Counted from the whole stretch's first letter, positions 39,765 to 51,200 are shown. The stretch: 62,654 bases of DNA, filler included, from Phoronis australis (GCA_002633005.1; 4 parts of 4 records of this genome joined end to end with filler, not necessarily neighbours in it), one strand, 5' to 3'. Numbers and translations are program-made. The notes: generated from the letters alone by a model not told the origin.

Positions 39765-42619
39765 GTGGACGTCACTTCAGAGGAGATAATGCAGTCAGTA
39801 ACCCGGTTCCCCAGATGGAGGCAATCCACTATTCTACTTCAGAAAGGCAGATAGCTTGATAACAGAGATATCAAGAGATGGGCCTGATGTAATGCTGCCC
39901 GGCAAGCTATTCTAGTCCGCGGCTGTTCTAGGAAAGAATGTGTTTTTTCCTGTAATCAGTCCCATTTATTGGAATGCTATGATTGGATGACCTTCTGGTA
40001 CAGATGCCCGAGACAGCAAGATCTACGATAGGGGCAACATCAGAATTGATGATCACCGATTTCTTATTATATTTGTAAAACATTTTCAGCCGACCGATTT
40101 TACGTGTATTACTTAGTTAAAATAGTTAACATGGTCATTAGGTATCGCAAGTTTCGGCTCAATTTTTATCCGTCTGTGTGTGTAGTCCATTCAATCTTCA
40201 GTGTCTCCATGCAGCCGGCAAATATCAAGTCCAAAATTTGACATTAAACAAGAATTTCTCATAATTGAGCGCAACAACCTAATTTGTATCAATTTAGATC
40301 GAGTAGTTCTACTCCACAACGACACGTACGGTTGCGTTTCCTGACACCTGACGGCAGACGGAGGTGTTGAAATTATCCAATGACGTCATCGATTTCACAC
40401 GCAGTCTGTTCAGCAGTTCACAACACGGGTTACTGGTGTTAGCTTATCGCTTGAAGTCATCGTTTAACACCAATAAATCATCACATCAAACTTTGATGTA
40501 AAACCCTTAAAATACACCGAGTTCTTATAAGAACGTGTTGCTTTATTTCGCTCTTACGGATTTATTGGTATTTGGACACACGGTAGCCTACAAAGTTCGG
40601 CAGGCCAATAAGGTCCGTAGCAGGAGTTTGGGGTCTGTTCGGAGACAATTTCGAAGTATTTACCGAGAGATAGAGACAGGAGAACCTAGATCTGTGTTGT
40701 TTAGACTTGTGATTTTTGAGTTTTAAACACAAAACGATTGTTATCCTGCATGGCCAGAGGCTCGGAGCCAGATCAGGCTCGTCGCGGCCGGCCGGATTGA
40801 CTCGTTATCCCGGGCAGTGACTCGGAAACTGATCAGACATCACGAACATAAACCAGCCAAAGTTCAGTGGAAACTAAAGTTCCAGTCAAGAAAATACTAT
40901 ACTAGTGAGCCAAAGTAATGTGCACGTGATTATGTTGGTGAATTAGCCACGAAACTGCAAATCTACTTACTCGTCCGGGGCCGCGAATTCACTCGGGTTC
41001 CGCTTTGGCCTCAGCACCGTCAGGGCAGAAGTTGTACATTGACAAACATTATTTGAGTAATGTAAATGTAAATAAAGATTCCCCTAACACCTGGCCGTGG
41101 GATGGAAATCGAGTTGTTTCACAACAGTTTCTGCCAGCAAACACTAAATTAGCATTAGCTCACACGGCCTCGGTGTCCCGTCAATTACTTTTATTGCACC
41201 TAAAGCCGGTAACGCAGTGATTTGTTCATTGCTGGCTTCTCAAATCATTTGCACTCACAAACACTCCAAAGGCATTACAAATTGCATCTAATGAGATAGA
41301 CTTTGTTTCAGTTTTATATAAGTATTGGTTAGGGTGAGAATAATTCATGAAACAGAACGCTCAGTAATAAACGCCAACATGGCAACTCGCAATCCCGACT
41401 TAGGACGAGCTAGATCTCATCAGTCCCGACTTCGCAGGTGGATCGCTAAGTTTTAAAGGCTATCAATTCGAACAGGAATACAGTGATGAAGAAATACTAG
41501 GGAGGCGCCGTGAACAAGCTCAGACAACGAAACCTATGTAGTTATTTGGTAAGCCGGCAGTCGTCAGGCACTGTCGACGTCTGCAGGCCACAGACACGGA
41601 GATGTTTCACGACCTCATACTTGCTATATACAGCATACACTTCATTCTTCACTACAAAGAGCCACTTCCTAAGCATTTGGACTCTCGAGGAAGTAAAAAA
41701 AAAACGATATACCCGGTTTCTTCGCAGTTTCATAGTTCATACAATCGGGAACGATGCACTGCAACATAGCGGCATTCACCCTGCATATGAACCACTGACG
41801 TCGCTAGCGTCGTTTCTCACCTTCCTCACAGGTTAACACGACTCCTCTTGGCAAGGTACGGTCGACCGTATGCGAGGCGATGTGGATATGGAGCGATTAA
41901 GACGGCAAAAAAAAAATTAAATCGGCTGGCATTCTCCTTTAAAGCCTGCGAGTTCGCGCTCCGAACACTTCTCGAATAAAATTCTACATTTAGAAACATG
42001 TAACGTTCAGGGGTCTTCAAAATGGTCAATGTGCAAAACATATACCTTTCCCGACACGAGCAATGTATAGTACATGCAGTCAGTCTTACAGTTGAAGTTA
42101 TACAAACCTGAGAGATGAGTAATGACATATCCATTAAGAACCCGTCACCCTGTTTCCCTTTTGTAACGTGACACACCCACGAATGTGTGTGTGTGTGTGT
42201 GTGTGTGTGTGCCTGCGTGCGTGCGTGCGTCGCGTTAGTTTGTCTATGTGTGCGTGTGCACACGTACACAGACAGACTCATTAGCAATAATAGAAAGACG
42301 CGGGAGCAGGCATTTTCAAGGACATTTCTGGTGACATTTTACATTTGTGCCTTTCAGATATTTTTGCATGCGCGACACTTTTTGCTCCCATTGCAAACCC
42401 TCGGCAGCTACATGTATTACAAGGGCGAACCCGAATACTGAAACTTACCTCGAAGCTTCCGCTATAAAGCTTCCCATATCTGCACAGAATGTTCCCACAA
42501 GGTGTGTCTATAGTCGCGGCGTGTTGAATCGTCTTGCCAAGATAGTTACATGGGGGAGGCGCGGGTGTGATGGCACCCGAGCACGTTGTGACGAGGACAG
42601 CAAAAATCACCAGCCTCAT
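16057..42619 (-). CDS. Spliced gene for a secreted protein with four 4-Cys modules plus a C-terminal mytilectin/ricin-B-like beta-trefoil lectin (~372 aa). Exons 42619-42449, 39207-39040, 38188-38033, 36362-36195, 19765-19566, 16312-16057
   Basis: All introns are GT-AG with compatible phases (0,0,0,0,2). The joined frame is open from ATG to TAG. Further exons could hide in the two gaps, so the 36195-to-19765 link is inferred. Confidence 0.72.
16449..16502. repeat. 11-bp minisatellite (taaggacctcg), about 5 copies
   Basis: Directly visible tandem array. Confidence 0.95.
16911..16983. repeat. (GT)n microsatellite
   Basis: Directly visible. Confidence 0.97.
17400..17800 (-). mobile_element. 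Penelope-like element remnant (GIY-YIG endonuclease)
   Basis: A minus frame reads ..NVYQ...SKYVGTTACTLSRRLSMH*RNGSIEDHF, the typical PLE GIY-YIG pattern YxGxTxxxLxxRLxxH, with stops. Confidence 0.7.
18020..18310 (+). mobile_element. Remnant of a SWIM zinc-finger transposon accessory gene (YqaJ-associated type)
   Basis: GDIGSCNFKYMSGLGKTSNCIGAVLWKIECSVRMG..SCTDISTKWN resembles the decayed consensus CxCxAGLGExCxHxxAxLxxIE...SCTxxxxxW. Confidence 0.6.
18780..19090 (+). mobile_element. Tc1/mariner-superfamily transposase C-terminal remnant
   Basis: Frameshifted NAASS..NITQAHLEKDTPN-FIKKDN*PLFSPDYSPTYYAIWESLEE...KKRLRLVV, a decayed WPxxSPDLNPxDYxxW motif. Confidence 0.75.
19566..19765 (-). CDS. 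Penultimate exon: last Cys of a module plus beta-trefoil subdomain alpha
   Basis: Acceptor tctcttctccttcctatgctacag|TTT (phase 0). Encodes FHFTDLCIP...RIRHSGGLCVQPLGGQTYPNTPLVLGSC...GHIIHIA. Donor AG|gtaagg (phase 2) joins 16312 to give IIHIAS-GKC. Confidence 0.88.
22850..23160 (-). mobile_element. Possible second Penelope-like GIY-YIG remnant
   Basis: Frameshifted pieces YIDRET..., AQHLDKFN..NSAKHITIIIL resemble the PLE endonuclease; heavily decayed. Confidence 0.4.
25219..25318. other. Assembly gap with TTAATTAATTAA linker
   Basis: 100-nt N run containing a six-frame stop linker. Confidence 0.97.
25319..25943. repeat. End of a satellite-bearing dispersed element (alternating ~143/160-bp units), copy 1
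   Basis: Internal repeats of gtacctcgaa...agctca...tctgccgg...ccagagtg. 25419-25943 is nearly identical to 33452-33976. Confidence 0.85.
26443..26626. mobile_element. MITE with imperfect inverted repeats (TACCG...CGGTA termini)
   Basis: taccgggaatttccgtagataagcccatgggcg..ttcggaaaatt is mirrored by aattttccgaataaacgcccatggg...gcttacctacggaaaaccccggta. Confidence 0.75.
30900..31730. repeat. Degenerate dispersed/tandem motif ctaca(c/t)gtgaccgtctaccattttgttaa
   Basis: Several copies at 30900-30935, 31110-31345 and 31690-31730. Confidence 0.6.
33054..33252. repeat. ~200-bp palindrome, possibly a Penelope pLTR-type inverted repeat with degenerate hammerhead cores
   Basis: gtataagatgatcac...gacgtttcgac is mirrored by gtcgaaacgtc...gtgatcatcttatac. 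Confidence 0.7.
33352..33451. other. Assembly gap with TTAATTAATTAA linker
   Basis: 100-nt N run containing the linker. Confidence 0.97.
33452..33976. repeat. End of the satellite-bearing element, copy 2
   Basis: Nearly identical to 25419-25943 and ends at the same gccggtcta. Confidence 0.85.
33977..35724. repeat. Segmental duplicate A (copy of 40805-42500), including the 3' half of exon 1 at 35673-35723
   Basis: Collinear high similarity from ttatcccgggcag to gttcccacaa. Contains CGNILCRYGKLYSRSSE|gtaagt with no phase-0 acceptor. Confidence 0.92.
34545..35114 (-). mobile_element. Kolobok-like DNA transposon remnant (THAP start plus a convergent accessory-gene start); second copy at about 41375-41942
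   Basis: Minus strand MLQCIVPDCMNY...ISFF...RKWLFVVKNE...YEVVKH (THAP). Plus strand YQFEQEYSDEE. Terminus reads TTAAAGGAGAATGCC on the minus strand. Confidence 0.6.
36195..36362 (-). CDS. Module exon 4 (duplicate of exon 2)
   Basis: ttcattcag|VPSNYDCKPT...CHYEGRTMHPFQDSYLTKCGKLVCDMGKLYLDGSE|gtaagt; 168 bp, phase 0-0. Confidence 0.8.
36877..36929. repeat. (AT)n microsatellite (duplicate at about 39719-39760)
   Basis: Directly visible. Confidence 0.95.
37040..37320 (-). mobile_element. CR1/L2-type LINE 3' ORF2 fragment (duplicate at about 39850-40110)
   Basis: RRKIGRLKMFYK...KKTFFPRTAADWNSLP matches the typical LINE C-terminal FFPRTxxxWNSLP. Confidence 0.8.
38033..38188 (-). CDS. Module exon 3
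   Basis: cctcatacag|VPDDYECAPTLPPLPEPCYYNDKRLHPFRDTLLTGCGQLVCNMSKLFLNGVE|gtaggc; 156 bp, phase 0-0. Confidence 0.88.
39040..39207 (-). CDS. Module exon 2
   Basis: ttcattcag|VPSNYDCKPTISPSPPTPSPPCHYEGRTMHPFQDSYLTSCGKLVCDMGKLYLDGSE|gtaagt; 168 bp, phase 0-0. Confidence 0.88.
42449..42619 (-). CDS. First coding exon: signal peptide plus first Cys module
   Basis: MRLVIFAVLVTTCSG-AITPAPPPCNYLGKTIQHAATIDTPCGNILCRYGKLYSGSFE|gtaagt. Basic N-terminus, hydrophobic core and small-residue cleavage site; phase 0. Confidence 0.88.
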
Positions 42620-44275
42620 ACTATCTTAAGTCGTGATAAATTTCAAAAATATAGTCGACAGTTTCCTTAGTGCTAAGGCAGCACGGTTAAATAGTAACCA
42701 GGTCCTGTGGATTACTGTTTACATAGACGACCTCCTCAGCTGTTCAGTCTCACACTTGTGTTTGTGTGTATAATGAGGATTAGCCTGACGTTTACAACGT
42801 GTAGTCTTTGAATTTACCGGCAATAAACCAACAATGGCATGGAAAAGGAAGACCCGAAAACTAAACAAAGGCACATGCAAAAACGAGTCTAAACTAAATA
42901 ATCCATTCGATCAAATTATTCCAGTGAAGGTGAAGCCAAGGATATCTGTCGAGAACGAATACTTAAAAAGCAAATTTTCTCACGAGTATTAGTAAAACTT
43001 AAACTTGGATTATTTCGTATACCGTTCAAGTATGCATCTTATTTTAACGCCGCTCGCTAATTCAGTATATTATAACTGATTTGATTAGCAATTTATTTTG
43101 GTCATTCCAACGACATTTCGGAACTCTGATCACTGCATAGTGACTCACAAAAAATGTTAGCTGTGGAATAAATGATTCCGTGGGGGTATTGCTGCAGTCT
43201 AATCATCACGTGATCATATTAGGGGAGAAATCTCATTTTATCTGTTTGGCTACCCTCAATTATTGAGCAAGATGTGGCGCTGCACTCTGCCTCTTTAGCC
43301 AATCACAAGCTCCGATTTGGACAAGGCGCAGATGAGGACTACCTCCAAATGTGTTCCTTACTGAGGTCAACATAATGTCAAAAGGCCAGATGTGTTATTT
43401 TTTCGCAAATAGCATGGATAGAAGGTGAGAAGTGATGAGTACGATGTGTCATTACTTTGGAGTTTTATGACGTAATTATGCGGTTCAGCCTAGTCTCTGA
43501 TTTCAGTGTCACAAGACATGTTAAAAGTAGGATGAGCAAAGTAATATCCAAATTCTGTCATTGCTATAAATTTTGTCTTTTTATGCAATATTTACACGGT
43601 CAATGATATTTATCAACACACTTAAAGATGAAAAAATGTAATTTACAATCAAATAAATCTTTAGCTTTTCTTTTTCCCATATCCATGACAAACAATGCAA
43701 GCGTCAGTGACCATGGGTGGCGCAGCTCTGTAAAAGTGAGGGGCTATATTTCCGCCCCCCCAACCCCCTACATTTATGGGGCACTGCCCGTAATTTACAG
43801 ATACTCTCCACAACTGAAGGTCGTTTATAAACCTTGGAGCACAATTTTGCCCAAATAATGCAAGTTAAAATCGAACCTGTTGTAGTTGGTTAAATGAAGC
43901 AAAATCCAGTACCAGCTCATAACCAAAACAGAAAAAAGTCATTTAATGAAAGTAGTTGGCAGTGTGCGCAGAAATGTCAACATTTTCCACACAAATGTCT
44001 TGCTCTCGACGCCATCTTAATTCCTAGTAAAAGAGTGGTAAGTTGATGTGATTTTTGAAAAGATGTCAAAAGTTAACCTAATGACGCATTTATTACTTGA
44101 ATGGCATTGGCTGATTCAGAAACTAGAGCAGCCTCAATAACTTTTTCTAGCGGAACACCTCAAAGTCTCAATTTTGGAGGTGTTCTTTTATTGGCAAATT
44201 TCTTTAATAATTTTGGATCGCTAATGCTTGTGCAGGAAACGTGAACAGAACAGAGGATGATTATTTCATACTGCA

Positions 44276-44525
44276 AGGGTCCATTCCAAGAAACTGACTT
44301 AAGTTCAGTTTTGACTTACATCTAAGAGTTGTCTCAACTTCCAAACTTTGAAACTTCCACATCTGGTAAGTTACATGTGGTCTAATTTAAGACAAAGTTT
44401 ACATGTAAGTAAAAATAATTACTGTATCTAAAGATCACTTTCAAGGAACGGACTTACGACAAATTAATAGTGGCTTAAATTTAAGATTTGTCTTGGCTAG
44501 GTCAGTTTTCTTGGAACAGGCCCCT
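44276..44525. mobile_element. MITE with terminal inverted repeats (related fragment at about 7730-7802)
   Basis: agggtccattccaagaaactgac...gtcagttttcttggaacaggcccct. Confidence 0.7.
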
Positions 44526-47500
44526 GGTATGTTTTTAAGTTGTTTTGAAGGTGGCACTTTTCACATTTCGTCAAATTTCTTTGAAAACCGCCCTTAGCAA
44601 ACACTAGCAGAAGAGTCCGCACATGTGAGTAGCATTGGTTATTTGTGACTGGCTGCGACAAGCCAATTTGGAAAGAACATTGTCTCAAGCATTGTCGAAC
44701 TGTCAGATCTTCCAAAGCCAATAAAACACCTCCCATTTAACCAAGGAACAACCTGAGACTAGTTTCATAATCTTAATAATTTCAAGTGGCCTAAATCAAA
44801 TGTTAGTTTTAGTAATGGACTAATCCAGTACGCTAATTGAAGGCAGATGGTTTTTGACGTTCATCACTTTGAAACCATGAATCTATAAAATTTTCAAACC
44901 AATACGTGGCTACGATACAATTGCTTTTATTTAGACGGTCTTAGCTTTCATCTAAGTTGGCAATCAGATGACATGACACGTACACAAGTATATAAGACGG
45001 CTTCTAAGAAAGGTAATTTATTATATACATCGTCAATTCGCATCATTAACACCACTTCAAGCAACACACAGAGTATCGTTCCTACCAGAGGCTCGCTAAG
45101 GTTCGCCATTCTGCTCAAAGTTAGATATTAACATATAAAGTAGCATATGCATTTTTCCACAGACATGTTATCACATAACTTAATCCCTTGTGATTAAACT
45201 CATTAACACGTACATGTACACTGGAGCTGGCTGGGTGGAAAGTTATCAAGTTGTAGTTTTGTGTTGTCAGTGTGGTGAAAACAACTACAGGAGTATTCAA
45301 CAACATGACGCTGGTAAGGTTCTCCGCATTACACATCGTGAACAGAATCACTAATATGAATTTTTACATATACATTTTCTACTGAACCAAAATGTGATCG
45401 AGCAATAACATTTACGAATAGCACTGACCGGGATATGGTTAGTTGATACATACACGGTGTGATATTTATTTTCAATTTTGCAGAATCTTGAACCTTTTGA
45501 AGCTAGATTAGAGTACATGTATACTCGAAGGTACTCGACATCTGGCGTTATTTCAGATCCTACGATAAAGCTGCACACATGTAGTTACGATACCGACCGC
45601 GTCTACGTACACTATCATGTACTCGACCTTCTACATGTAATGACGGAGCTTATCTTGAGTTTTTAAATAAAGATAAATTGTCAAAAATACTTTCAAGTTC
45701 GAAGATTAAATTTCTTGTTATCTACCTGTTGCGGTACATTTAGTACCTCAGTGGGAATTTTCAAAAAAGCACTATTCAGCCAAAAATATTAATTGAAATC
45801 CCCCACACATTCAAATTTCAGAAGTCCTGTTTTACTTATAGCAAATTTTAATAGAGTGTTCAAACCTGATAATAAAGTTTGAAGTTTCGTGTTGCTCCAA
45901 GTTGCATTCGGGTAGCGGTAGACACTGCACTAGTTTACAGAAGTACACGTATATGTTAAACTATTAGTTAAAGGGAAAACTTGCGCTTATGCAAGACCTT
46001 TTCGACAAATCCGTTTTTAGACACGATTCAAGAACTATACATTTTAACCCATTGAAAGAACTATACCTTTTAACCCATTAAAGACATATATTTTCTCAAA
46101 TCGAAAGATGTAATAATTTAATTTTTAGGTGACATTTTACCCAACTGTCGTTCATTGGGTCACGTGTCCATGTTTTGTTAGTGAAATTTAGCTAAAAACG
46201 TTTCTCGGATTGCGTAAGAGGTGCCTCAATGACATGACATTTTGTTGAAGATGAAATCTCAAAACCATCGTTACAGTTTTTTGAAGTACCACTTTGTTCC
46301 GTGTCAAGCAACTTTTAAGTTTTGTCACGATAATCACACATGTCCAGTATTTGACAGCTTTTTATGCAAAAATGGTACTTTAAAAAGTTCTAATTAGCAT
46401 AACGTTTGGAACAAAACAGTATCTAAATATTTCCTGTGATTCCAATTAGCCATTTTTGAGAAATATTCTTTCAAATTTGCCAAATGTTGACATCTTCCTA
46501 GGATCCTAGTCGCTACACAATCTTAAACAGCGTACATGCACACCCAGACTTTCCTTTAAGTAACACTGTTAAAATTGAATGCAATCCATGCGCGCACCCG
46601 GGGGGGGGGGGCTCGGGGGGATCGAACGAGCCCCCTCCCCGTTTGGCGAAATGGGTAAAAAGATCCGTCTCAGAGAAACAAAAAGTCCGAGAAAACGAGA
46701 CAAAAGTCCACTATAAAGGCGCAGACGAACAGTTCACAGCTTGAAGGTGGTACCCGTTTTTTTCTCCCGCTTTTTGTTAGAAAAAGGTCCACTTTTTCAA
46801 ACATTTGATCCCCCAACATCAAAGGTGGGGTGCGCGCAAGCAATCGTTTGTTTCTTTGCGTCGTCAGCCAAGGCGATCTGTTTGGTCTAACATCGGAATA
46901 CCGTAAACTGAGTTACCATGCCGTGCCAATTTTTGCTTCTTTCTGAAATCATAAAAATGACAAACTGTGTGTATATTACGGTAGTTCTTCACTTATTTAG
47001 CATACAATAATTAAAATTTCTCCTCTCCAAAAATGAAGTTTACGAACGTTTTTGTCAATTAAAAATATGGTGCGCAGATCTCATAAAACAACATTTCACA
47101 AAGTTCCCATTATTTTCGGAAAATTAATCAGCCTGATGGAAATTGACCATTTTAGAAATTAGTTTTGTGCAAAATAAGTGGAAATGCTCTTAACAAAATT
47201 TCCACACATGACGTGGGTGCTATAACGGCGTTGCCAGGAATAAGAAACAAATTGCTTGACAGCATAAAGCTCGGAATCCGTACAAACAACGATTGGTTCA
47301 TCCGTAATTACTGTAGGTGGCCAAATGGGGATTTGAGGCCACGCAAGTACCCGGAGTGTTCAAGATGCAGTCCTACTGTTCGAAGGCCATGCATCTAAAT
47401 GCCATGTATATGCAAAGAATATAAATGCAGCGGGAGGATCAAGAAGTGGCAAACACTGTACCAAATATTACACTGTACGTTGTTTCTTGAAAAAAACCTA

Positions 47501-48130
47501 TTATTTTTACCAATCTACAGATGGCGCAGCCTGTTACACGGAATTAGGCTAACACTTAAAGTCTGAAAATATGTGGACAACACGACACCAAAAAGAAACC
47601 CAGGGCCTACTTAGGAGCAAACTAAATCCCAGAGCAAGTCAAAAGACAAGAACTCAACTTAAGGCTCAAACTTATTATTTAAGCCACAATTATGTTATAA
47701 AAAGGGCTAACAAAGCGTTATTTTTGCAAAGCCAAATGTAACTTTTCACCTAAGTGAGAATCAAGTTATAACAAGTTTAAATTGTTGTCAAAACCTAAAA
47801 TCCACTTCTTCTAAGCTAACATTGAAAAAGCGCTAGTTGATATCTGCTTTGAATGAGTGATTTCGTGTGTCTCCGATGACTGTATTTCCATCTGCATACT
47901 GATTTCTATAATTGGGTGACTCAATGTGCAGTCCTGAAAGACAACAGAGCGGTAGACCGCGAGTCATGAGTCGGGAGCTGCAGTGGATCCCCAGTCGTGC
48001 CATTGCCTTTTTTAAGCTACCTGTAAGTAGATGCGGCTACCGGGTCGAACAACGCCTCAGTATTGGTCACTGATGGAAAACCCTTACAAAATGGGAGATC
48101 TAGACCAGATCCTTGATTTTGTTAACGTAC

Positions 48131-48230
48131 CTTCTCCTTCTGTACACGAAAACCGCAGCAACAATTATTGCAGCCAACAGTAGCCCTACACCGACAGGAA
48201 TCAGCAAGTATGGCACGTGCTTATAAGTAC
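48131..48230 (-). CDS. Transmembrane exon of the TSR protein
   Basis: catgcag|GT ACT... encodes [34 protein letters not shown], a hydrophobic helix followed by a basic stop-transfer cluster; donor AG|gtacgt. Confidence 0.85.
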
Positions 48231-51200
48231 CTGCATGTTCAACAAAAGAGATCACAAAATGCGATATGATTTCCATTTAAAGGCATACATGTACAGTATC
48301 TTAAGATTAACGATTATTACTTGGATATAAAGTTTCTCACCAGAAAACAAACTTACATTTTTACCAGCGCGACAACTTATGAGAAAAGTAATGTGAACTT
48401 TAAGTAGAAGTTCTACGTGTGTGAGTACATCATTACTAGAGAGACAACTCAAGCAGACGACATATTAGCTGAAGCGTGCGTCAGGGGTCTAAGTGTTTTT
48501 GTAGTTCACTCCTAGACCATTGTAAACACAACGAAGATGTTTGTCCATTACACTTGTTTGCCTCAGAAGTTATAAGATTATCCTAATTATTTGTCTGGAT
48601 ATCCTATCCACTGCAGGACCGAACACACGTTTGGTGCTATTTCAAGTTTCATAAACGTGCATACTTGCAAAATTTGGAAAATTCCAGTAGTATACTGATT
48701 AAGAATATGCATCACAAATTGCACAGACTTTGTAAAAGAGGTCCCTGGTATGCGCAGTCTCTAGTGAGTATTAATCTAAGCTTACTGCAGTCATATTCTG
48801 TTTTGAAATTAATATCTGAGCAATGATGCAAAGGAAAACCCTTTTGTGGCCCTTAAACAGGAAAGCCTTCGATTAAAATTGCCTTAGGTACACTAAAATG
48901 TTAGTTCCACCGTCGACGTTTATCAAAGCAACTTAAATTGCTGAATGAGCTAGATCATACACGTATGAACAAAAAATGTTCTTTTCGTTTTCAGATGGAA
49001 AGAGTGTACAGTAGCGGATCTAGAATGTCGTAAAGAGGTGAACATTATATTGGTTGCTCCATGAGATATGGTGAAATATTTTGGACAAGGCAATGCAGTG
49101 GGCCTAGACAGCATAACCTGACGGTCTAACATTTAAGCAAAAACATTGATGTGGTCTATTGATTAAACAGATCCATTGAACTTTAGTTACTACACTAATG
49201 ATATGATAATTTGGGGCGACGAAAAGTTGGAGGGTACCTTTACTTTGTTGTTCTGCTCCATTCCTCTCAGCTTTAGTTTCAGCGATAGGCAAACCGTTCA
49301 GTGGCGCAGTTTTGCAATTGTAGGATTTACCACTACATCCCTGTGTTTGTGTTTCCTCCATTTGGCATTCCTTCCCAGAGTAACTGCTGCATACCTCGCA
49401 AAAGCGCGTTCTATGGTGAAAACAGTCTTTTGGGCATGTGTACATATCGATCCAATCGGACCATGTTTTACAAAGATTGTTAACACTTGACGTGTTGCAC
49501 GGTACTATTTCAGTTGAATTTCCCTCGCACATGGAGCCACCAAAAGAGGGAGTCGGGTTGGAACAACTTCGAAATCTTTTCCGGAAATTGTTGTTTTGCA
49601 ATTCTGAGCACTGTTCCCATTCCGACCATTCTGTCCAATTTCCGTCAACGGAACAGAAAAAGTCGTTACATGATCGAATTTCAACTGGTTTACCCGTACA
49701 ATTGTCTCCCCCAAATAACGGTTCCGGATTGTCGCAGAGACGCGTTCGGTCCTGATGGCCGCCACCGCAGTCATGGGTGCAGTCGCTCCACATGCTCCAC
49801 AAGGACCAACGACCGTTTACGGGACACGAAGTCAGACGACATCTTCGAGACTCGAATGAAATACCCAAACAAAACTGCCCTCCGAATAACGGTGGTGGAT
49901 CAGTACAATTTCGAGAACGAATCTGTTCACCTGCATTACAAGACCTTGAACACATGCCCCAGCTGCTCCACTGTGACCAAAGACCATCGAGAGGACAGTG
50001 TACGTCATTGCATTTCCTGGACTCATGGCTTGCACCTGAGCAATTCTGACCGCCGTCGACAGGAGAAGGATTGTTGCAGTTCCGATCACGCATCTGTTTC
50101 CCTCCACCGCAAGAACTGGAACACGCTTCCCACGTACTCCATGGAGACCATCTGCCGTGGACTGGGCATTCCTTGTGGTTGCAGCTTTGTTCTTCAAACT
50201 CTTTACCACTGCAGTATTGACCGCCGAAAGACGGCTTCGGATTGTCGCAAGCCCTTACTCTAACCTGCTGACCTCGTCCACATGACGTAGAACACATCGA
50301 CCAGCTACTCCACACGGACCATTGTCCGTTTATTAGACAATTTGACGACTTGTAACAGGGAAGAGTCTGTGAACTGTCTCCAGAACAATTAAGACCCCCA
50401 AATGATGGTACAGGATTATCACATTTTCGACTTCTAATTCTAATTGTGTCACTGCATGTGACGGGGCAGTCAGACCATTCGGTCCAAGGAGACCAGCTAC
50501 CGTCCACTGAACAGTTATGTGCATTGCATTCGCGTATTTCAAATGAATCCTCTTGACAGTATTTTCCGCCAAGTGCAGGAGGTGGCTCGGTGCAGTTTCT
50601 TAACCTCGATTGGTGACCGCCACCACATAGCTTTGTACATGTGGACCAATGGCCCCAGGACGACCAATCACCATTTACAGGACAGCTTATATTATTACAT
50701 ATGGCATATTGGTTTCTTTCTCCAGGGCAATCTTTACCATCGAATTCTGGTGCAGGACTCGTGCATGACCGTGAACGGTAATGGCTTCCTCCACCACATG
50801 ACCGTGAACACGTGGACCAAACGGACCACAAGCTCCAAACGCCGTGAATGGGACAAGAATGTGTATTACACGAACGAAATGCATAAGAGGAGTTGGTACA
50901 AAATTTTCCCCCTCGCTGTGGGCCCGGATTCGTGCACTCGCGCGTCTTTCTTTGCTCCCCTCCGCCACAGCTTCGTGAACATCTGGTCCATATCGTCCAC
51001 GGTGACCACGCTCCGTCGATTGGGCACTCAAGTGCATTACAAGACTCAGCCTGCGTGCTTGTCTCGGAACAGTTGCTACCACCATGTGCTGGTGCCGGGT
51101 TTGTGCACGTTCTGGAACGGTTACGCAGGCCTGAGTCACACGATTGGGTACATTCACTCCAAACTGACCAAGGTGACCATTCTCCGTTCACGGGGCAGCT

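Noticed and set aside
49104-49237. C-terminal 44 aa of the 1309-aa ORF
   Set aside because: Probably intron read-through; a donor at 49238 joins in phase to the TM exon.
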